DNA from: Octopus vulgaris
Taxonomy: Eukaryota
Reading direction: 5' to 3'
DNA length: 64,000 nucleotides
NCBI GenBank assembly: GCA_951406725.2
Contig: OX597814.1
Location: 21,576,001 to 21,640,000 of the forward strand
Made by a program: the position numbers and the translations under genes. This document shows positions 1 to 13,019 of this stretch, one piece after another. The notes below the pieces were generated by a model, which was not told the origin of the DNA, did no database searches, and saw only the letters and a program-made list of their open reading frames with translations. Within the stretch, counting starts at the first letter, position 1; each line of letters starts with the position of its first letter.

Positions 1-227
1 TAAAAAATATTCGAATACAGTAGATTCTCGCACAAGCAATATGGAGAGTTTTAATACGCCGATCAACTAAGGTGATCTAAAAAATTAGCAAACAAAACTA
101 TCTCGAGTGTGTTATAGCATTTGAACAGTGGAGATGAGAAAAAATCTGCTCTTTAAAGTCAAGTGGTAAAAGCGACAAACATGTTCTGGTCGTATTGGAT
201 TTCCAAGACTATGAGTAAGCAATTTAT

Positions 228-308
<81 letters not shown>

Positions 309-861
309 CATACATACACTAAAGTTATGGCCGGTCATAAAATGACCATCTGTTTGGTACCTATAAACGCTTAGCAGCACATGTGCTATGCGCTTTATAG
401 GTGCGAAACCAAAAGTTAGTCTATGACTATATACATACATACATACAGACACAGACACATACATGCATACGTATATATATGCGTGCGCATGTGTGGTGGG
501 AAAGAAAGAGCGAGAGAGAAATAAAGGGGATTTTTAGTTTAGTAACTGTTATTACGAATGTCAACAATATGGCTTAGAGAAAATACTTCAGATGAATGTT
601 TTGCCACTCTAAATACCTCATTGTCACTCATGTGTAATAGAATTCCCTCTAAGAATCTAGTAGACAAATGAGCGGAGCACGCTTCGCTGAAGAGGTTTAA
701 TGAAACCTAAATATGTCTGTGGGTTCACTAAAAAACAAGATGTTCTCTAATCTGCCTTGTTTTCATGCTGTTCAATGTCCAACAACTGATCTTCCTTTGC
801 TTACATTATTATTATTTTTTTTTTCAGATTTTAAATCCACCTGAAGAATTTTTTGAAAGAA

Positions 862-1031
862 AGCGCAGGAGTGGGTGTGTGGTAAGTAGCTTGCTTACCA
901 ACCACATAGTTCTGGGTTCAGTCCCACTGCGTGGCACCTTGCACAAGTATCTTCTACTATAGCCTCGGCCGACCAAAGCCTTGTGTGTGGATTTGGTAGA
1001 CGGAAACTGAAAGAAGCCTGTCGTATATATG

Positions 1032-1108
<77 letters not shown>

Positions 1109-1316
1109 GTTTGTCCCCCCCAACATCGCTTGACAACCAATGCTGGTATGTTTACGTCCTCGTAACTTAGCGGTTCGACAAAAAGAGACCGATAGAATAA
1201 GTACTAGGCTTACAAAGAATAAGTCCTGGGGGTCGATTTCCTCGACTAAAGGCGGTGCTCCAGCATGGCCGCAGTGAAATGACTGAAACGAGTAAAAGAG
1301 TAAGAGAGTAAAGAGT
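862..1316 (+). mobile_element. tRNA-derived SINE, family A (internal TA/TG microsatellite, (GAGTAAAA)n-like tail)
   Basis: Pol III A/B-box-like head (GTGTGGTAAG...GGGTTCAGTCCC), conserved body and short-repeat tail. Homologous copies at 8679, 19598, 21005 and 36397. Confidence 0.85.
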
Positions 1317-2279
1317 TGCTCAGTTAATCTCAGTTAACTGCGAAGTTTTTTTCAACTTATTATATTACATATACAAGACCTTACCCTATTTGTGTTTAGC
1401 ATGTCGAACGCTCCCTTAGGTTATTTTACATCAACACTATTAAAAAAAAATACTCGAAATCTGGCATCATAATTACAACGTGTTGAAACCAAACGTCTGT
1501 ATTAGTATAACGATGATAGATAAACCATTAAGTGTTAATATCTCGGGGAAAATATTACAAAACCTAGCAGTTACAGTCGTTCTAATGATATTTGATGCTT
1601 TACTGGAATTGATATTTACATACTAGCCATTCCAAAGAGCTGGCGTTATGTCTCTGTAATGATAATAATGATAATAACAGATCACCATATGCTAATACTT
1701 CTCTACTTTACCAGATTCACTTCACCTGAATGCATTGATAAGTGTCATTAGTCAATAGCTGGAATCATTAGTACAAGAAGGTATTTGTAGTTTGTGTAAC
1801 ACATTTTTTTTCTTTTTTCATGGAAAAGCATTCCAGTTTATGTCTCTTCTCTAATTGTCTTCAAAATATTCAATTGGACTCAGAGATTTCACGCGTGGAA
1901 GCAATTTCTTTGATTGAAGCCCGCATTCCATCATATTTGGTTTTAACAAATGGTCGTGTTATCTGTACATACCAACATTTGCAGTAATATAATATTATAA
2001 TAGAGCTTTAAATGTACAAGCAACTGAATGGAATCGCCCTATGTTTTCTCGCGAGAGTATTTAAATTAGATTACAAAGGATGATAGAATACTAATGCAGT
2101 TTCAAGATTTCCGCCATCGCCTGGTAATCATAGCCTAGATGAGGCAAAGATCGCTAAACATCGCGGCTAGATTCCCTCAAATCGCCTTAACAAAGAAATA
2201 AAGTCCTTCTTATTTTCCGTCACCTTTTTCATCTCTTTCTTTTTTCTCTCTTCTCCTCCTCCTTCTCTTCCTCCACCTT

Positions 2280-2342
2280 CTTTTTCTTCTTCTTCTTCTT
2301 CTTCTTCTTCTTCTTCTTCTTCTTCTTCTTCTTCTTCTTCTC
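2280..2342. repeat. (TTC)n microsatellite
   Basis: Directly visible. Confidence 0.95.
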
Positions 2343-3496
2343 CATTTCCTCTGCCCTTTTCCATGCGAACTGACGTGCCACATGTAAATTATAGGATTTG
2401 TGTGATATTTTCCCGTTATTATGTCTTTCAAAACTAATATTACCCGTGCTCGCTAGCCCTAGCTATTATAAAATTAATGGATCGGTATGGCTGGAACACC
2501 TTCGGTCAAAAATGTGGAAAATCAGGGCCCTCTTGAAACTAAGCAGCAATAGTAATTGCAAGTCTATGACAATTAATTCTTTGGATGCACTCCTACCCAA
2601 ACTTCTGTGTTTTAAGTAAATTAGAAGAGCTTGTCCATATAATAATGGAGGAAGCTGCTTATAATTAGGCATGTTACAGTTACTAAAAGAAAGCAATTAT
2701 TAAAGGCCTGATCGTCTGGGAATTTTTTATAAATTCATGTTCCAAGAAATTTCCTGTAATTTCGATTTCTGAAGTTTATTGAATATTTGAACAGCAAGTT
2801 TTCACAAATTTAAATATTCGTTCCATTCACTGTGGAGTAGATTTTAATGTTTAATATTAATTCGTTGCAGGCGAAATTTTCCGTTTTCATTTGCAACAGT
2901 CTCTCACTCTGTCTTGCCTCTATTTTCATTAATTATAATTTAATATATATTCATTTTATTGCTTTCATTTCAAGTTTTAATTCGCTATTTGCAAAACCCA
3001 CAGTATATTCTATATACGTAATGTAAAAACATTATTTATTGAATGAATGAATGAATGCTATTAGACAAAATAGCTCTATAAATTTGATACGAGGTACAAT
3101 TTTAAGAATAATATCAGTTTCTGAAGATTGTTAAATGAATGATTTTGATAAAATAATCTTTTTTTACTATACCGGTATATATATATATTTTAATTACTAA
3201 GTAATTTTGTTGATATGACTGCTTGGAAGTTATAAGCCTTGTAATAATAGTTATGTGATCGCTGCTATTTCTATCTGCTTCTTCAACTAATGTAGAAACA
3301 TTATGAAAGACAAAGGGGAAAATAACTATATTTGAGGCCCCATAAACCTTAAAATGTTGTTGGATCATAATAGAAATCAAATGATTTAATCACCTTGTGT
3401 TAAAAGCCGATAAGCAAATGGGATCCGCATTTTTCTCCAGATTATTGATAACTAACAATCAAAAGTACCAAGAGTGAGTGAAGCTAAATAAATCAT

Positions 3497-3765
3497 TTGG
3501 TTGATTGGTTGATTGGTTGGCTGGTGCTGGCTGGTTGGTCGGTTAGCCGGTTCGTTGCTCAGTTCCTTGTTTGGTTGGCTGGTTGTTTGGTCGATTGACA
3601 TTTTGGTTGGTTGGCTGGTTGTTTGGTTGGTTTGTCTGTTGGTTGGTTGGTTGGTTGGTTTGTCTGTTGGTTGGTTGGTTGGATGATTAGCTGCCTGGGT
3701 AGTTGGTCGGTTGTTCTGTTGGTTAGTTGGTTGGCTGGTTGGTTGGTCGGTCGGTTGGTTGGTTA
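3497..3765. repeat. degenerate (GGTT)n microsatellite
   Basis: Directly visible tetranucleotide array. Confidence 0.9.
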
Positions 3766-3774
3766 AACTCTACA

Positions 3775-4450
3775 GTAGAGGTCAGCAAACCATTGCAGAT
3801 GTGAATCGGTTTGGGAATGGTTTTATCTTGCACGTCAAAGCGAAGACTTTGAAATTATAGGCGCATAAAGCTATAAACAGTTTTTGCTTTTTTAACTTTA
3901 CCTGTTGTGCTGACTGAATTGCTACTCAATGATTAACAAAAATAAATTTATATGTGCCATGTATGTCACGCATATGGTGAAAAATAAAAAACATTTTTAA
4001 TTAGGTTGAATGGGGAAAGAATGTAGCTTTAGAGTAAATGTGGCAAGAGCTACTTTTCCTGATTTGCAGTTCTTTTCTTAGAATCGATTATTCAGATAAG
4101 CTATATTGTGACAGTATATAAGACGTTGCTGTTCTTTGCTGTCCCATTCTTTTAAGAAAGCCGAAACATTTTTGCCTAACATCTCACTCATTCTTGACCA
4201 AGTGGAGTAATCTCCCTTCTCTTTGTTATATTAAACATTGACTAATTGTAAACAAAAGCAAAAATAAGTCTTTTGCTCTAGATGTCGACGCTAAATAATT
4301 ATTATTGTTTTCGAACCAACTGCAGATAAGGAATACCAAGACGTTTTGTATGCAACGTGATATATTCAATGAAATCGGCAGGCAATATGAAGAGACTGCA
4401 GGCTTGTTTTAACTCGCACACCGTAGTTTACTGGCTTGTGCTCAACGGTG
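3775..4450 (+). mobile_element. possible highly degraded hAT DNA transposon relic
   Basis: hAT-like terminal CAGTAGAGGTCAGCAAAC. Remnant peptide EIGRQYE...HTVVYWL resembles the hAT HTxVRWLS motif. Many stops. Confidence 0.3.
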
Positions 4451-4595
4451 TAATACAAAGAAATGAAAAAAAATCATACTCAATTATATGGTCGTTGCTT
4501 GCTTTCGTCATATGAGCCCATGTAATTGTGTTTGTTTAAGCAAGTATCAAGTGACTAAGAAAACAAATCTTTACTAGATAACAATGTATATACTT

Positions 4596-4644
<49 letters not shown>

Positions 4645-4732
4645 AGAGAGAGAGAGAGAGAGAGAGAGATACATACATACATACAAACATACATACATAC
4701 ATACATACATACATACATACATACATACATAC

Positions 4733-5045
4733 AGGAGCACTCCGTCGGTTACGACGACGGGGGTCACAGCTGATACGATCAACGGAACAGCTTGCTCGTG
4801 AAATTAACGTGCAAGTGGCTAACCACTCCACAAACACGTGTACCCTTAACGTAGTTCTCGGAGAGATTCAGCGTGACACAGAGTGTGACAAGGCTAGCCC
4901 TTTGAAATACAGGTACAACTCATTTTTGCCAGCTGAGTGAACTGGAGCAACGTGAAATAAAGTGTCTTGCTCAAGGACACAACGCACCGCTGGGAATTGA
5001 ACTCACAACCTTAAAGTCATGAGCCGAATGCCCCTAACCACTAAA
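4733..5045 (-). mobile_element. tRNA-derived SINE with family-C-like 5' half and family-B (Nin-domain-like) 3' half
   Basis: The 3' part matches the 6403 element. The 5' part (GTTGTGTCCTTGAGCAAGACACTT...CACTCAGCTGGCAAAAATGAGT) matches the 45976 and 60963 elements. Confidence 0.8.
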
Positions 5046-5829
5046 CACGTTCGTATACTCACAAACGTGAAGGACCTCTGCTGCGGTGATTTCGTAGAAA
5101 AATAAAGTGTCCTACTAGATACTGTATTTGAAATGTGTTTGAAAATACGCCGAACTGGCCCGTGAATGAAGTTATCAGACTGTAGGATACGTTATTTTAT
5201 GTTGTTTCGCAGTTATACGATTCTGAATCTGTCGTTCATAAATCATTAAAAACTCCCGTTTTTATATGTAAACAACAAATAATAAATTTGCTGGCATATG
5301 CAAAGCTTTGACATGTTGTATTTAAATAATTAAGGAAGCATTAAGCAGTGATGGTTAAAATAAAGTTAGGTATATTTAACACGTTCGTATACACTAAAAC
5401 GTGAAAATTGTCTGAGAAGAAAAATATTCTTTATGGACAACGTGTGTGAAAACACATCGACAATTAACAATACAATTTTCAGAAAGATCAACTTCAACGA
5501 AATTGATTATGAAAAACAAATTATTAATAGAATGAGTCAGGGAGACTTCGGCAATTATTTGCATAAGTATTAAGTGAAACAGCGTGTTAGGTTTTAGACT
5601 ATTTCCTGTTAATAAGCTAAGTGATAACGGTAATTTGAACATACATTTGTCATATAGCTGTCACCAGGGACAATTACTCAAATGTTTGAATATCAACAGC
5701 GGGTTGGGGGCAAAGAGGGAGAAAAATAGACTGCAGTTTTACATTTAGAATTAAGTTAGGAAAAGAAAATATTTATATACATCAGTCACTAGACAGACGT
5801 CAGCAAATGCAAGCGCGCCAACGCACAAA

Positions 5830-5837
5830 CGCAGACA

Positions 5838-5897
<60 letters not shown>

Positions 5898-5920
5898 GGC
5901 ACACATACACACAGTCACAC

Positions 5921-6004
<84 letters not shown>
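5830..6004. repeat. compound (CA)n/(GATA)n microsatellite
   Basis: Directly visible. Confidence 0.95.
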
Positions 6005-6402
6005 TTGTAGGTACATACAAACAAACATACATGCATACGTACATACATACGTATAAATATAGTTATATTCACTGTACGCATCTGATACTTCATTAAATAG
6101 CAAATGCCAGCTATATATTATACTTAACTTACATTCACTAGTGATATTCTGCCGTGATTTTTATCTATTAGAAAATATTTGCAAAGTTGTGTTATGTTAA
6201 AAATACAAAATAAATCGGAGCCAGACCCATTTCGCCCATCTTGGTGCTTGTCAGTGATGTATATCTGTAGTTACACGCCTAGACAAGATCATTATTCGTC
6301 ATTATATATTTCCTGTGGTCACTTCCCAACTTACTCTCCATATGGCCATTGAGGTTTATATACTCATGAGCTTTTAATACTGAAGCAGCTTTTAGATGTA
6401 GT

Positions 6403-6777
6403 GGCACTCCGTCGGATACGACGACAATGGTTCCAGTTGATCCGATCAACAGAACAGCCTGCTCGTGAAATTAACCTGCAAGTGGCTGAGCATTCCACAG
6501 ACACGTGTACCCTTAAAGTAGTTCTCGGGGGAGATTCAGCGTGACACAGTGTGACAAGGATGGCCCTTTGAAATACAGGTACAACAGAAACAGGAAGATA
6601 GAGTGAGAGAAAGTTATGGTGAAAGAGTACAGCAGGGTTCGCCACCACCCCTACCGGAGGCTCGTGGAGCTTTAAGTGTTTTCGATCAATAAACACTCAC
6701 AACGCTCGGTCTGGGAATCGAAACCGCGACCCTACGACCGCGAGTCCGCGGCCCTAACCACTAGGCCATTGCGCCTC
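6403..6777 (-). mobile_element. full-length tRNA-derived SINE, family B (Nin-domain-like), with target-site duplication
   Basis: Head TGGCCTAGTGG...GGTTTCGATTCCC. Flanked by a 17-bp direct repeat CAGCTTTTAGAT(G/A)TAGT at 6386-6402 and 6778-6794. Confidence 0.85.
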
Positions 6778-7387
6778 CAGCTTTTAGATATAGTTGCTTG
6801 AAAAAGCCAGAATGACAGTAGTATCATTCCATTCAATCTACTCAAGTGCTTGACTAACATGTTTTATTCCTTTCTCAGAGATATAAAGAGAAGTTATCTC
6901 AACATGATTTGAACTCAAAACATAGATGATAAGAAGTAAAACAACACAACCTATTTTTGAACGATCTAAACGAATCTGTTAATCCACTTTTTTCTGTGTG
7001 TTTTACAACCTCCTCTTTTATTCCCCAACAATTTTCAGTTCTTCTATCATATGTTTTTTTTTTTTTCTTCTCTCCTATTACTCCCAATCTATCCGCTATT
7101 ACCCAAAAGAATATCAATCTCCGAGTCAGATTTTCCGCTTCACACAATGACAAACAAATTTATTTTGCTTCTGAAATATTTCTGCAAAAACTGTTTACCA
7201 ATGAAGACCGTCACTATATTCCTACGATCCTTCTGTTTACTTAATTTCTGTTGAGGAAATCCACTTCCTGTTTCTAACCTAGAAACAAAGGCCCGTCATT
7301 GCATATACGTTTCTAGAGTGGATGTAACATCAAGTGTATTGTACATGGAAGTATATACAACTATATTGTATGTGTTTGAGTGAGTGA

Positions 7388-7448
<61 letters not shown>

Positions 7449-8678
7449 CGAGTATATATGCAAGTAATATTTCTTCATCAATTCTTGGAATTCTTAGTAC
7501 AAAGAAGGGGTTGGTTTCTAAGAAAGAATCAAAATTCTGTCGCTAGAATTTAGATAAAAGCAACAACAAGCAGTTTCATGTTGATTTTTATTTTCTTTCA
7601 GAAAAATTCGTGCATATTTTTAGTGTTCTATTTGCAGATTCAATTTGCAACGCGTGTGTTACGTAGTGACATTTTTATGTAGTGGCATTTTTTACCAGAA
7701 ATCCTAGCTTTTCGAGATTACTGCTTATTACTAGTAACACAATAATTGCACCAACAATTACGTGTAAAAATGTAAGTTTATAATGTAGATAGAGAAGGCA
7801 CGTCTTTCAAAGCAGATGATCATAAATATTCTTTCTCACTAAGTTTGAAAACTGACTATTATTTTTGTTGTTGTTGTTTTGTTTTGTTGTCTGAAATAAC
7901 TGTGTCACGCGTGTTATGTTTGCCTTTGGGGTAAATGTTCCTGAGATTATTCCATCAATATTCCTAGTGTCAAGACTAATCAAAAATATTTTCTCCGTCT
8001 GTCCCATGCAGTGTTTCCTTCAGATAGTATCAGCAGACGCTGAATGACATTTTGAGAAGTTTCTGATCATATGTGTAATATTTTTCACTGATATGTGAAC
8101 TACTAATTTCGGTCACTTCTTGCTTTATAACTATTTCCTGCTCTTGGATTGCGGAAGCATAACCTTCAAATGAGATGCAATGGCCACGAGTCCAAGAAAA
8201 GTTACACTACCTGTAAATGTCAACATTATCTTGTTATAGAAACATACTCAGACATAACTTCATTATACAGAATATTCTTGACGCTGTACTAGACCAGCAG
8301 TTCTGGAGTTGGGGTCGCATGAAGCGTCATTCGAAACTGAGTGCTTTTGGGGCAATTCCTTCCATACACGTAAAATATTGTTTGTTTTCTTCACGTTTGA
8401 GCCCTTGGTTAATGTAATTTTCGTTAATGCTGTTTGGTAAATGCTGCCTTATACAACTCGTCACAAAAAAAATCGTCTGGACTGATCTTAATTTGTTTCC
8501 TTTATATTTCGAATATATTATTATCTGTGTATCTATAAAAGGTAGGATGTGTGTGTGTGTGCGCGCGCGTTCATCAAAAATAAAAATGTAATTTTTTTTC
8601 TTAGTCTTCAAATTTAGGATGTTTTTGAAAAGAGACTATATTTTATAATCAGATTGTATATTTTTTCTCACACAACAA

Positions 8679-9080
8679 TTACTCTTTTACTTGTTTCAGT
8701 CATTTGACTGTGGCCATGCACCGCCTCTAGTTGAGCAAATCGACCCCAAGACTTATTCTTCGTGAGCCTAGTACGTATTCTATCGGTTTCTTTTGCCAAA
8801 CCGCTAAGTTACGGGGACGTAAACACACCAGCATCGGTTGTCAAGCGATGTTGGTGGGGACAAACACAGACACACAAACTTATACATACACATACATATA
8901 TATATATGCATATATACGACAGGCTTCTTTCAGTTTCCGTCTACCAAATCCACTCACGAGGCTTTGGTCGACCTGAGGCTATAGTAGAAGACACTTTCAC
9001 AAAGTGCCACGCAGTGGAACTTAACCCGGAACCATTTGGTTGGTAAGCAAGCTACTTACCACACAGTCACTCCTACGCCT
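8679..9080 (-). mobile_element. SINE family A copy
   Basis: Reverse complement of 862-1316. Confidence 0.85.
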
Positions 9081-9111
9081 ATTAATATATTTATTTTAAA
9101 TCACTTATTTA

Positions 9112-9134
9112 TCTATTTATCTATAAAAGGCAGA

Positions 9135-9171
<37 letters not shown>

Positions 9172-10871
9172 TGTGTGTGTGTGCATGTGTGTGTGTGTGT
9201 GTATGTGTGTGTGTACGTGAATGTAATTTATGCACGTCCACGAATGAGTACGCATGTCGCTCCAATTTTAAGACATTGGTCACGATCATGGCTGTGTTTT
9301 TATCAACTTGTTTTCCCCGAGGCACCCACGAATAGTGGTAAAATTCGATTTTCAACCACAACTTTTACCAATGTCCACGTCGGTGAAATCCGTAAGTTTG
9401 CTAATATGAGTTAAGTCACCTGTCTAGCAATGGCGAGAAAGAAAAACAAAGGGTAAATTCTTAGATTAACACCCGTACGATTTTCACTAAGAAAAAAGAA
9501 AAAAACTCGACCTCCTAATATGCTGCAAATCCCTTATTTTGGTTCGGAAAAAAGGGGGGTAGGGCGAGGGGGACACCCCTCCAGTCCGGAATCATGGGAA
9601 TTTTTTTCGTAGATTGAATTCCTGTGACCTCCTAATGTGCTACAAACCGTTTTGGGGGGCCGAGAAACGGGGTGGGGTGAGGTTGAAGCTTCGGAAATGT
9701 CACCCCCACCCCCATTGATCTTTTCACCTATACGATTTACACTAAAAAAAAAAATTAAAATCGAATTTTTTTGTGTGAAATCAAGTACCCTGACCTCCCA
9801 ATATGCTGCAAATCCCTTGTTTTCGTTCGGGAAAAAAAGGTTGGGGCGAGGCCTCACCCCCAATCCCGGAAGCATTGGGATTTTTTTTTCGTTGAACGAA
9901 TTCCTGTGACCTTCTATGCTACAAAACCCTTTTTGGTTCCGAAAAACGGGGTGAGGTGAGGTTGAAGCCTCGGATATTTTACCCACTCTCAACATTTTAC
10001 AGAAATAAATTTTCCAGAGTGTGAATTATATATATATATAATAGCGTTCTAACCTTCGATGCAGATCTCCGAGGCAACCTTCCCCAATGTATATCTTCGA
10101 TGCAGCCTTGACCGATAGTACCCGTAGGCGGGGTTATGTCTAGATTGGGATTAGTCGCTGCCTTTCAGAGGCTTCTGAGCTCTTTTGGGCATTCTATTTT
10201 TCTTGCTGGAAGGGCTCCCAACCCATGGGCCAAGTGAGGGGGTTATATAATAGGGGTGGTGGTTTCGAAAGAACGAGCATGTGCAACCTGATCACCTCTG
10301 TCGGTCAAACTCCCAACCCATGCATTCCCGATGCGACATTGATTATGCAGAACTGGGTCGGGTGTGAAAACCAACTTTAAAGTATAAATATAGATTTTTT
10401 TGAATCAGCAATGTTGTATTCAGTTAAGTCCTATTTGGGGTGAAAAATCAATAAACTGATTCCTTATGGGGTTTTCCATTCAATCAGGGTGAAAAATCGA
10501 TAAACCGATTCCTTATAGGATTTCTCACTAAAATTGGCTACACCCCACTTTTAACCATAACGTTTACCAATTTTGATGTATTTTGTTCAAACTTGATGCC
10601 AGTGTTACTTAGGACTCATGGGATCTTTGAATGCTTTAAGTTCTCCAACAAAAAATAACAATCGATGAGTGGAAAAATCGATAAACCGTTTCCTTATGGG
10701 ATTTCCCAATCTAATTGTCTACAACCCATTGTCTGCAGCCAAACTTTTACCAATTTCAACAGATTTCGCTCAAATTTGACGTCAGTGTTACTTAGTTTGG
10801 TTTGAAACAAAGCGCTTGATTAGCTTAATTTTCCTAACTTAATCCCGAACAACGCCGGGCTATACTGTTAG
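9112..10871 (+). mobile_element. non-autonomous Helitron-like element with internal tandem subrepeats
   Basis: 5' A|TC start followed by a microsatellite. 3' GC hairpin CCCGaacaacgcCGGG (10844-10859), then TTAG|T (CTAG-like). Internal ~280-bp duplication (9480-9750 and 9730-9995) and repeated GAAAAATCGATAAACCGATTCCTTATGGG motifs. Confidence 0.65.
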
Positions 10872-11714
10872 TATTTAATATAACTATCCCGCTGGAATCT
10901 TTCTATTGATATCAGGATCATAGACGCTTCTGTTTATTTCCTCTGTTGACCGATCAAGTATTCAAGCTATAGTACAGTGTGTTTGTGTATGAGATAAAGA
11001 GAGAGAGTGTGTGTGTGTCTGTGTGTGTCCATGTGCACATATACGTAATACACATGCACAAAGGTATCAGCAGTTGCCTGAAAATATCATTAAGGTACTA
11101 CTTCCTGATGCGACATGCACTTGTCTCTAAAACAATATTGAATGCCATCGGAGAAAAATACTATCCTGGGATAAATATAGGTAATTTTCCTGTTATTAAA
11201 TACATACATAGACAACTACACAAAGGATATTGGTAGAACATTCATTTCAAAACGTCTACCAAGTGCAACCATAACAGACCGGATATAGTTGTTTGAAGTA
11301 GACAAGAAAGGTATGTCCCGTCATAGAAGCCAGCAGCACTGCTGTTGTGAGGAAAACTGAAGAGAAAGAGAATGATTAAAGACAACTGTTTCGAAGCCTT
11401 CAGCTTCAATACCCTAATTATAATATATACGCTTGATTTTATTAGTAAATGCCTATTTGGATAAGCTAGGATTTTCAGAAAAAGAACTCAACCAGCTAAT
11501 ACGCACATTACATACAGAATATATAAGTGTTACAGTAAAAATGTACAAGACTTTTCACAAGTTCAAGATATTTCATTGTCTTATAAGCTACATTCCAACA
11601 GTGGAGATTTGAGTCTTTGTTGATATCCAGCTCCTTCCTTACAAGAAGACTTCAACTAATCAAAAATAGAAAGAATATACATACATACAAACACACATAG
11701 CTACATAGATAGGT

Positions 11715-11806
<92 letters not shown>

Positions 11807-11815
11807 ATAGATATG

Positions 11816-11885
<70 letters not shown>

Positions 11886-11978
11886 AAATATTATTAGAGA
11901 CAAAACCACTATTTTGCAAAACAAACAAGGAAAGACTTAATCAATACATAAAATTTTAATAAATAGTCAAAAAAACCG

Positions 11979-12021
11979 CCACTACAATTGTTTCTTGTCT
12001 TGATCGACAATCTTCAGGTGG
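11979..12021 (-). ncRNA. minimal type I hammerhead ribozyme
   Basis: Minus strand reads CCAC-CUGAAGA-UUGUC(gaucaa)GACAA-GAAA-CAAUUG-UA-GUGG: canonical core, stems I and II, palindromic stem III. Confidence 0.8.
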
Positions 12022-12034
12022 ACTTCCAGGAAAG

Positions 12035-12092
12035 GTGTTCTGTTAATCGTATCAGCTGTGACCCTCGTCGTCGTAACCGACGGAGTGCTCCT
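12035..12092 (+). mobile_element. 3' tail fragment of the SINE family B/chimeric type
   Basis: CGTATCAGCTGTGACCCTCGTCGTCGTAACCGACGGAGTGCTCCT is the reverse complement of 4733-4780. Confidence 0.75.
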
Positions 12093-12095
12093 CTA

Positions 12096-12131
<36 letters not shown>

Positions 12132-12168
12132 CTATTGAATCTTGCAAACCAAATACAAATACGAACTA

Positions 12169-12241
<73 letters not shown>

Positions 12242-12417
12242 ATAAATATTAGGGAATAAATCCAAATTTACAGGGAAAAAAAATCAGATTTAGGATTAAA
12301 TCCAATTTTATAGTAAAATATTATAAAATATTATTAGAGACAAAACCACTATTTTGCAAAACAAACAAGGAAAGACTTAATCAATACATAAAATTTTAAT
12401 AAATAGTCAAAAAACCG

Positions 12418-12460
12418 CCACTACAATTGTTTCTTGTCTTGATCGACAATCTTCAGGTGG
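12418..12460 (-). ncRNA. minimal type I hammerhead ribozyme (second copy)
   Basis: Identical to 11979-12021. Confidence 0.8.
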
Positions 12461-12479
12461 ACTTCCAATAAGTCGAAGT

Positions 12480-12522
12480 CCACCTGAAGATTGTCGATCA
12501 AGACAAGAAACAATTGTAGGGC
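12480..12522 (+). ncRNA. minimal type I hammerhead ribozyme (inverted third copy)
   Basis: CCAC-CTGAAGA-TTGTC..GACAA-GAAA-CAATTG-TA-GGGC, with a 1-nt deletion in the 3' strand of stem I. Confidence 0.7.
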
Positions 12523-12693
12523 GGTTTTTTTGACTATTTATTAAAATTTTATGTATTGATTAAGTCTTTCCTTGTTTGTTTTGCAAAATATGGTTTTGTC
12601 TCTAATAATATTTTATAATATTTTACTATAAAATTGGATTTAATCTAAATCTGATTTTTTCCTTACAAATTTGGATTTATTCCCGAATATTTA

Positions 12694-12730
<37 letters not shown>

Positions 12731-12937
12731 TAGTTCGTATTTGTATTTGGTTTGCAAGATTCAATAGTATATATATATATATAAAATAAATATAAGAGAG
12801 TGGTCACTATATGGCTCACTCTAGCACCAGTTAATCCAAAAGGTTTCAACCACAAAAATACATGTTTCCCATGAAAGTCAGTACGATTGTTAGCTCACAC
12901 GGACAGGGCAAATAAAAAATAACAAAAATACAGATTA

Positions 12938-13019
12938 TTTTGGGACAATTGTTTCGCTATTAATGAATTAAATGTAATTTTACTTACAAAAAAATCCACT
13001 TGTAGCTCGTCAGCCAAAA
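12938..13019 (-). ncRNA. type I hammerhead ribozyme with extended stem/loop II
   Basis: UUUUGG-CUGACGA-GCUA(43 nt)UAGC-GAAA-CAAUUG-UC-CCAAAA: canonical core, GUC site, 6-bp stem I. Confidence 0.8.

Larger units (their letters stand above)
11885..12775. mobile_element. PLE pseudo-LTR-like cluster: partial direct copy plus long inverted repeat
   Basis: 11885-12027 is repeated at 12325-12466. The segment ~12130-12465 is inverted at 12475-12770. Each unit carries an HHR. Confidence 0.8.

Noticed and set aside
3497-3765. Telomeric repeat
   Set aside because: The unit is GGTT, not TTAGGG; an ordinary microsatellite.
8530-8570. Second Helitron start (ATCTATAAAAGGTAGGATGTGTG)
   Set aside because: Only ~40 bp resembling 9119-9160, with no body or 3' end; too short to call.
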